Positions 1 to 6,540 of a stretch of 7,000 nucleotides of DNA are shown one piece after another; positions within the stretch are counted from its first letter, which is position 1, and each line of letters opens with the position of its first letter. Both the position numbers and the translations under genes were made by a program. The notes under the pieces are model-generated. The model did not search any database. It was not told the DNA's origin and was given only the letters and a program-made list of their open reading frames with translations. The DNA is from Marsupella aquatica (taxonomy: Eukaryota; Plantae; Marchantiophyta): the NCBI GenBank assembly GCA_973895155.1, contig CCZZQB010000051.1, forward strand, positions 1 to 7,000. The letters run 5' to 3'.

Positions 1-3
1 TCT

Positions 4-28
4 CCCCACCGCACCCCACCGCACCCCC
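4..28. repeat. Short tandem repeat (CCCCACCGCA)x2 plus CCCCC
   Basis: Exact 10-bp units at 4-13 and 14-23, followed by C5. Confidence 0.9.
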
Positions 29-66
29 GGCTTTCCTCCATGCATGCATTGTGTTGCGGCTCTGCG

Positions 67-87
67 CATCATCATCATTATTATTAT
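67..87. repeat. Compound microsatellite (CAT)4(TAT)3
   Basis: Read directly: catcatcatcat tattattat. Confidence 0.9.
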
Positions 88-808
88 ACGCCATGCCAGA
101 CCATGGCAGTATGGCCGGGCACCCCTCAACGGCGACGGTGCCTTGCCCCCCGCGCGAGTAATTTTAATTAATTGGCTCTCCTCAATTGGCGATCCCGCAC
201 TCGCTCTGTCAACTGAAGCACCACGGAACTAAAACAAATTGTCGGGATGGCGTAGCCAAACCCAGATGGCTGCCAGAAAAACCTTTCTCTACTTAGATAG
301 TATTTCTTTTCTTTGGAAAGAAGCTGCATACTTTTGTGGACTTGACGTTTGGCAATATGCTGGGATGGTCCAGGAGAACAGTTGCTGTCTCGGTCACAAA
401 CTAATTACTGTATAACTTTCTGTTACGGCAGCAGGCATTAATTCCTGTTTGCGTCAAATACGCCATTCAATCAAGCTGTTTCCTATAGCGGTGTTTTGTC
501 AGCATTGACGGTTTCACCAATGACGTTGAATTTGGCATAGAGAACTAACCTCAGGTTTAACCGGTGAGTGAACTGGCTGCCACCTTTTGTTGTCCTGGTC
601 ATTTTTCAACCATCTGGTTAAACTACCACTGGCCTTAAAAAACGAGAAGTGTCCAAGATTTCTCTCTTTTCATATTACTCTCCTCTACCATGAGAATGTT
701 CACAATTTCAGGAAAAACCAGGTCAAACCAAGTTTTCGTCATGGCTAGTGACTCTCCTAGGGAATTTTTAAGGGAGTCTACGCTCAATATTTAATGGACA
801 TATAGAAT

Positions 809-1192
809 GTACTGCTGTACCTGAGTAGAGGGACCAGTCAGATTACAATAATACCAAGGGCTGTGTAGTCAGGATTGAGTGCCAGTCACTCCAGTTCCAA
901 AAGAGAAGGACAGCTGGACAGGGCATGGCATACCAACCGAAAGTCAGGTACTGCTTTACCTGAGTAGAAGGGGCCAGTCAGGTTACCATAATGCCAATGA
1001 CTATGTCTCCAGGATTGTGTACGATTCACTCCATTGCCCAAGAGAAGGGACAGGGCATGGCATACCAATGGAATTTCAGGTCCATTGCAGAGTAGAAGGG
1101 GCCAGTCATAGTACCAATGACTGCGATCAGGATTGTGTACAATTCACTCCAGTGCCAAGAGAGAATTGACAGTGCATGGCACACTAATGACT
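809..1192. repeat. Degenerate tandem array, 3 copies of a unit of about 120-139 bp
   Basis: Blocks GAGTAGA..GG.CCAGTCA (823, 962, 1090), CAGGATTG.GT, TCACTCCA.T, AAGAGA and GACAG.GCATGGCA (GCATGGCA at 923, 1055, 1174) recur in the same order in all three copies. Confidence 0.92.
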
Positions 1193-1215
1193 ATTTGACT
1201 GGCACACTAATGACT
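1177..1215. repeat. 16-bp direct repeat TGGCACACTAATGACT, period 23 bp, at the end of the array
   Basis: Exact copies at 1177-1192 and 1200-1215. Confidence 0.88.
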
Positions 1216-1900
1216 GGAAGATCTGTTATTAATGGGCATGCTCAGTTGCTGTCTCTCATTGGTGCTTACACGATGGGACTGGTGATGGGACAAGAGGGAG
1301 ATTGTGCAGCCTGCAGACTGGTCCTACACGACTGCACACTTTGGAGCTCTCCCGTTGATGACTGACAGATCAATAGTGTTCTATTCCTTTCGCCATTGGT
1401 GCACATCGTTCCAAATGAACCATGTCATGAATCTGAAATCTCGTTCCTTGTCAAAAATGCTCACTCCTACCGTCCTAGGGGTGCTGCCATCTCTTTTTGC
1501 GACGGGACCAATCAGGCAACTTTTCTTTTCCCTGTGAATAAATCCCGAGCGACTGTAGGGAGGGCAGTACAGGAACAAATATCTCTTGACCCAGGGGAAT
1601 AGTTTCCTTTGCTGATTTGTCATATCTGGGAGGGCACATTGTTTGAATGCGAGATTCATAAGAGACTATCAAACTGTGTGGTCTGGCACATTACATATAC
1701 GATAACATATTTGAAACTACCACAAAATGAGAGGCACCAAACCTGGCAACAAGATCCCAGAGGCTAGAAACCCAATCAGAGGGGGGCAATCAAGGGGCCA
1801 AAAACCAAGAGGGACCCGAGCCAAAGCTCACCACACCAACAACCAAGAACTGGAAGCCTAAACCCTACCTATTGGCAAAATGAAGAGCTTGGTGGTGAAC

Positions 1901-1930
1901 TGCATAAGAGGGTCATGCATAAGAGGGTCA
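1901..1930. repeat. Exact 15-bp tandem duplication (TGCATAAGAGGGTCA)x2
   Basis: Identical units at 1901-1915 and 1916-1930. Confidence 0.95.
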
Positions 1931-2984
1931 AGCAAAAGAATCTGACTACAAGCCCTTACACGGACTGCTTCAACCATATGGACAATAGTGAATGTCTGGG
2001 CCCTCTGAAGGAGCAACAGACACTGGTTGCCTTAAAAAGACCGTGATGACAGGCACCAGCATCTGCTCTACATGACAATACATAATGTGAGAGTCACTCC
2101 ATAACATGTTGACAAACATAAATATCAAAATTAATGGAGTCAGGTCCCTTTTCACCCGGCTTTGCTAGGTCTAACATTATTATATTTGTATATTGTCCCA
2201 TTAGGGCCAGGTGTAAAGTGGGTCCTCGTTTGTTAATTTTGATGTAAAGAGTATATCGATATTCATGCATTAGACTAAGATGGGGAAATCTACAGAATCT
2301 TGTCGTGTGGTGAGAGTCAGCTCACTTTTTGGCTTCTCCCAGCTCAATTTACCTGTGCATGGATGAACAGAGAATCAAAGTGCAAGTAACTGTGCATGTC
2401 ATAGAAAAGTCCTTCAGTACTGTTATTTAGAATGCAACTACAGGAGTGAGTTAGGCATATACAACTTGTTTGCTATTAGTTTGCTCTATAAACGAGCCCT
2501 ACTTTGACATGGCAAATGGGACGGGGTTACAAAGGTTAATCCAATGTTCAGGCTTCACAAAAAAATCTTAGGTTTAGAAACACTTTGTTTGTGCACTCTT
2601 GCTTTTCAAGGTTCAGTGTCTGAAATTCTGTGTTTAGTCAAGCTGGGTTCAAAGCAAACTCTAAGCCAGTACCCACAGTCAGCACTATCTCAGAGCATGC
2701 AGGGTTGCGGCTTGGGCAAGACAATTACATTTGACCAGTAAGGTTGAATGGCATGTATTGGGCAATCTTGTCTAAGATTGAAACGAGGAACATCAATTCT
2801 TGATACACAAGCTCTCCACAGAGGCTCAGACACAGTAGCTAAGAAAGTGAATTCCACAAAGGAGATTGAAGGATGTGTCAAGTACACTAGTTGGCAAGAT
2901 CAATCTAACTACAAATTAATTGCAACCAGGAGCTACTCTTCAAGACCTATGGTCTATGGTCTAGCCTCTAGACCATCACTTTAG

Positions 2985-3034
2985 GGACGTAACTAAAGCC
3001 CGGGTGCAAGTGGAAAACGGGATTGAGGGGCAAG
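2985..3034 (+). CDS. Weak candidate 50-nt internal exon (DVTKARVQVENGIEGQ), product unknown
   Basis: Upstream CACTTTAG acceptor-like site and a consensus donor AAG|GTGAGT at 3035. Only one frame is open, and there are 3 CpG in 50 nt in CpG-poor surroundings. I recognise no homology. Confidence 0.2.
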
Positions 3035-3671
3035 GTGAGTCTTTGAAAATTCTGCAGTGGGCTTGAATGTTATCATCTCTATTTGTGTTCAAAGAACGGG
3101 CATGTGCTAGTCACATCCAGACAATTTGAAAATTGAACTCAACTCAGTGACTTACATAAACAGAAATCTGTACTTAGTGGACCTCCTGACAAAAGCTGGT
3201 CTCCTAGAGGACCAAAACTTTCAATTTCTCTCCCAGGGAGGTACTGGATCTCCTGCCCACCAAAGGTACCATTTTGTGTCAAAGGTTCTTAGAATGAGAT
3301 TTTCAGTCCTTGTAATATGAGAACTCCATTGTAGAACCCATGATTGCTATTATTGTTAGGTGTTTGACTGTGTTGCCAAATGTAGTTGAACAAATGGTTG
3401 ACTATGAGCGCACTGTTGAAACAGCCGTTTTCCATGCAGCCCAAGCAAGAAACAGTGCATTAAAGTTAGACTTGTATACATATACCACAATGTTTTAAAA
3501 AACTTAGAAGTGTGGTAGAACTTTAGGGCAAATCTTGGCTTAAGGGTGTAAACCAAAATGGATATGCAAATATCATCACTAAGTCAAATATGTCATGCAT
3601 AATGTAATCACTATCCTGAGCCTGACCTCCCACAACAATGACATGTTAAATAACTTTTGTACCCTATCTCT

Positions 3672-3828
3672 TTGCATGAGGTTTTCCATGCACATCTTCA
3701 AGGGTAGCCATAACTATCTTCAGCACCATCACAAGCATGAACACAAGCATTGCATGAGGTTTTTCGATGCACATCTTCAAGGGTAGCCATAACTATCTTC
3801 AACAACATCACAAGCATGAACACAAGCA
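3672..3828. repeat. Tandem duplication, 78-bp plus 79-bp copies
   Basis: 3672-3749 and 3750-3828 differ by one T indel and three substitutions (TTTTCCA vs TTTTTCGA; CAGCACC vs CAACAAC). Confidence 0.97.
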
Positions 3829-3953
3829 GGAATAGGAAGCAGGTTGGACAAGAAAACTCAATGAAATAAAACTAAACACAATGAGAAACAAATTTTGTTT
3901 CCAACTGATTTCAAATTTATGTTGTAATCTGTATACAATATGCACACTGTAAG

Positions 3954-4217
3954 CAACAAAAGGGGGCAATGGTGCTTGCATGCTCTAATACAACCATGAA
4001 TGCCTTCCTTTGTATTTGTATGCAATTGGAAAAATATATTCGAAAAAGGGAGGAGGGTGGGGTGCTATCACATTTGCATGCTCCAATGCGGCCATAAACC
4101 ACTTCCTCTGTATTTTTAATACCCATTGAAAACAATTGCCACAATGTAATCAAACAACCTGGGAGGCCAATGGCTACAATGCTTGCATGCTCCATTGCCG
4201 CCCTAAATCCTTCTTGC
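3954..4217. repeat. Old degenerate tandem array, 3 copies with a period of about 100 bp
   Basis: Core TTGCATGCTC at 3976, 4074 and 4183 (spacing 98 and 109). Each is preceded by a G-rich patch and followed by a related ..CC(A/C)T.AA...CTTC.T block; copies 1 and 2 also share TGTATTT. Confidence 0.75.
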
Positions 4218-4785
4218 GCTGCACAGTTACCCTTCATTGTGACTACAAAGGATCAACCGCGGTGATATCAGACTACATAGAGCCTGATCTGTGTGATAAA
4301 GCCACTCACAAGAACATGGTTGTTTACAGTAGAATGGATTGAGAATATGAAAGAATGGGCCCACTGGAAACAAATTTTTGTAAGGAGGTCCTCTAAATAT
4401 ATATCTCTCAGCATAAAGCGAATTTAGCCAGGTGACGGCCCAGTAGCACGCAGAACGGGACTAGCAGCACCGTCCGTCCCGTCGCTTCGCCCCCATCACG
4501 GGGTGGTGGTGGTGGGGGCGGGGGTCCCGGAGCTCCAAGCTCCGGACTGGGAGTACGGGACTGTCTCCTAGACTGTACCGTCCGACGTCCCGTCTACCTA
4601 ATAGGCGAAGACCTCGGCCAGTAAATAATGGCATTTACTCGAGCGCGCCATCGCGACGACAAAGTCATTATACATGATGCGCATACGCATCGCAAGGATT
4701 CTCAGGGTCGGTCTGGCGGGCGCGTACCGTGGGGCAAAGACTCAATTCGGCGGGAGGTTAGACTCTCGTCTTTTCCCTCTCCCTC

Positions 4786-4807
4786 CCGCAGACTGATCAT
4801 TCTGCGG
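4786..4807. repeat. Near-perfect 22-bp palindrome CCGCAGACTGATCATTCTGCGG within a longer imperfect inverted repeat (about 4765-4837)
   Basis: The reverse complement is CCGCAGAATGATCAGTCTGCGG, a 20/22 match (one mismatched pair). Confidence 0.92.
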
Positions 4808-4879
4808 CAGAAGAAGAAGCAGAAGAAAAGGAGCGAGGAGGACCTGAAGACGGGTGATGACTGGGAATTCGCCCGGCAG
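4792..4879 (+). CDS. Candidate 88-nt exon (LIILRQKKKQKKRSEEDLKTGDDWEFARQ), product unknown
   Basis: 25 of 27 nt are pyrimidines at 4763-4789, ending in CAG (4789-4791). The body is purine-rich with GAAGAA motifs, and CAG|GTAGTA forms a donor-like site at 4880. Only one frame is open. The donor is not full consensus and I found no compatible partner exon. Confidence 0.3.
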
Positions 4880-5051
4880 GTAGTATCATTACCGGCATTC
4901 TGCCGCACGTAAAAAACGGTCGTGGCTGGCTCGCCGATGCCCGGCCCGGTGACACCGTCACTTGTCCTTGCCGTGCCTGCGTTTCGGAGTGGGCCGATAT
5001 TATTATTTAATTCACACGGGAACATTTGGGGGTGACTATGAGCTCAGGTGG

Positions 5052-5149
5052 GATTTTATTTCAAACCTGTTTTGGGGATGGCATTCCTAAGTTTAGGTGA
5101 GGTTTCATTCCAAACCATTGGGGGGGATAGAATTTCTAAGTTTAGATGG
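5052..5149. repeat. Diverged 49-bp tandem duplication
   Basis: 5052-5100 vs 5101-5149 are 36/49 identical without gaps. CAAACC is at 5062/5111 and CTAAGTTTAG at 5087/5136. Confidence 0.82.
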
Positions 5150-5382
5150 CATCTATTTAATGACTTTCAATGTTTTTCGCTTTGCAAACCTTACTGTTTA
5201 CTTGGTTTGAGAAGAATGCACAGTTCAGATTTGGAATGGGGAATTATGAGACTTTCCCTGTAATTTTTCTAAAAATAATATATATAACTCTTAAATAATT
5301 TTTTAAAGTGTAATAGCACCCTGTTACAAGTGGAGTATGGACAATAACACCCCTCAAATCTTGACGTAGTGTATCCTTTTGT

Positions 5383-5395
5383 GGGGGGGGGGGGG
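5383..5395 (+). repeat. Poly-G homopolymer (G13)
   Basis: Read directly. Confidence 0.95.
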
Positions 5396-6308
5396 ATTAT
5401 TTTTATTTTTATTATTCTTCAATGTAAAATATGTCAAGCCCCACAGAAAAGAAACAACCAGTCACATAGATAAACCTAAGGTCTATGAGTCATAGCATAC
5501 TCTGGGCTATACTGGGGCATTATTATATACAAAGATTGTTTTCTTTTGAGCAAGGATGACATGGATACAGAGCAAAAATTTTCCTTTTTATACTACTAGG
5601 ATTACATGATCCCAACTGAGTCTCTATGTTTGGATGGAGATCTTATCCAAGCCTATGACTCCATTAAGGAACTCTAATATCTGGACTTTCAAATTTCTAT
5701 GAGAACTGTTTACCAAGCCATGGGGGTGGCGACGGCCACAAGTCACAGGAGTTACTGAGTGCGTCACTATGTTTGAGAGGCCCCAGGACAGATGATGCAA
5801 GGAATTTTAACAGGCCCAAAGCCACATTCTAGGCAAGATGAAGGATGGAAACAGCAAAAGATGCTCTGTGCACAATAGGTGGCTGATGTTCAGATGTTTT
5901 TCCTCTTGCCTCCATTCTGAATCAAATACAAAAAAAAGTGAGTGGCTGTGTCTCCATAATTGAGTTCCCCTGTTATTTTGATAAAAAAATCCTCTCCCTT
6001 GTTAGCTGAAATATTTCAGCAGCAGGTGATTTGCAAGGCACCCACTTTCGGCCTAACTAGTTCTGCCCCAGTGAGACGGGGGACTTGAAAGTAAGACCGG
6101 GAAAACTACTTGTCAAGTTGTTTGTTTAAATAAATATTTTTTTCATTTTTTTTTAAATTATCAGATTGTCACCCTGTAAGCATTTTGTTGTCAGTTAACT
6201 GTACCACCTCAGGTTATGACTGTACGATCCAATGCCTCACATCACTCAAGATTGCTGCATTGGATAGAGGTAGGTGGGTTGCTTTGCTGCTAGAAATAAA
6301 TCCCAGAT

Positions 6309-6372
6309 CTTTTGTAGGGCAAGGCCAGTCAAAGGGAAACCACTACCTTTCAGCGTTTGCCCTAGACAAAAG
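6309..6372. other. 64-nt imperfect inverted repeat / fold-back
   Basis: CTTTTGTAGGGCAA (6309-6322) pairs with TTGCCCTAGACAAAAG (6357-6372) with a 2-nt bulge. Inner stem AAAGG/CCTTT (6331-6335/6346-6350) closes a 10-nt loop. Confidence 0.7.
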
Positions 6373-6450
6373 CAAAGGGCCAGCGAGGGTGAATTCATGG
6401 ATAGTACCTAACTCTAGTATTCTCTAGTCAAAGTATGGCTAGGCTTTCTT

Positions 6451-6540
6451 TTTCACGTTAACATCATTATGTCCCTTCGTTTTCATATTAACATCATTAT
6501 GTCCCTCTGCTCTGGTCAGTTGCTGTCCCTCTGGTCAGTT
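6451..6540. repeat. Two overlapping short tandem duplications (periods 30 bp and about 24 bp)
   Basis: 6451-6476 vs 6481-6506 are identical except CG vs TA. 6500-6521 TGTCCCTCTGCTCTGGTCAGTT vs 6524-6540 TGTCCCTCTGGTCAGTT differ by a 5-nt indel. Confidence 0.9.

Larger units (their letters stand above)
1..230. promoter_or_regulatory. CpG/GC-rich island-like segment, truncated at the window edge; possible promoter or regulatory DNA
   Basis: About 17 CpG in 230 bp by hand count, versus about 1 per 100 bp in most of the window. AATTGGC (CCAAT on the minus strand) occurs at 170-176 and 184-190, and TAATTA at 165-170. Regulatory function is inference only. Confidence 0.4.
4421..5020. promoter_or_regulatory. 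CpG-island-like GC-rich block; possible promoter/5' gene region or a young insertion
   Basis: About 57 CpG in 600 bp by hand count, with abrupt edges against CpG-depleted flanks. G-rich run at 4500-4524. The composition is certain; the function is inferred. Confidence 0.6.

Noticed and set aside
60-175. Possible inverted homology with 4633-4690 (TTACTCG..GCGCG and TGATGCGCA)
   Set aside because: Only two short matches with inconsistent spacing, compatible with chance in GC-rich DNA.
190-225. Minus-strand GCTTCAGTTGACAGAGCG...GCGGGATCG resembling a tRNA D-arm and the start of a T-arm
   Set aside because: No anticodon arm, no acceptor stem and no complete B box; it cannot fold as a tRNA and is too weak to call a SINE head.
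44-232. ORF MHCVAALRIIIIIIIRH...
   Set aside because: The poly-Ile comes from the (CAT)4(TAT)3 microsatellite; there is no recognisable domain.
879-1169. 96-aa ORF with a repeated TGHGIP motif
   Set aside because: Explained by the DNA tandem array (132-bp spacing keeps the frame). The start is non-ATG and the frame does not span the whole array.
809-1192. Repeat array as a possible CRISPR
   Set aside because: Whole units are homologous, with no unique spacers between identical repeats. There are no cas genes and the context looks eukaryotic.
2626-2655. TAGTCAAGCTGG plus GTTCAAAGC resembling Pol III A and B boxes
   Set aside because: The boxes are directly adjacent instead of about 30-60 nt apart, and there is no cloverleaf.
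3200-3270. Minus-strand QEIQYLPGRE resembling the Ty3/gypsy RNase H end motif (EIxYRPG)
   Set aside because: Neither the upstream RW..L motif nor the downstream ADALSR motif is present.
4844-4880. CTGAAGA followed by a CGGG...CCCG stem, resembling a hammerhead ribozyme core
   Set aside because: The required GAAA after stem II is absent (GCAG instead), and stems I and III cannot be built.
4628-5025. Overlapping ORFs 4628-4912 (+) and 4702-5025 (-) as complete genes
   Set aside because: ORFs of about 100 codons are expected in GC-rich, stop-poor DNA. They are low-complexity with no recognisable domain; only the possible exonic parts are reported.
5760-5880. QGILTGPKPHSRQDEGW resembling the RTE-LINE C-terminal G.R.RGR...W motif
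   Set aside because: The diagnostic RGR is missing and no RT motifs are seen upstream.
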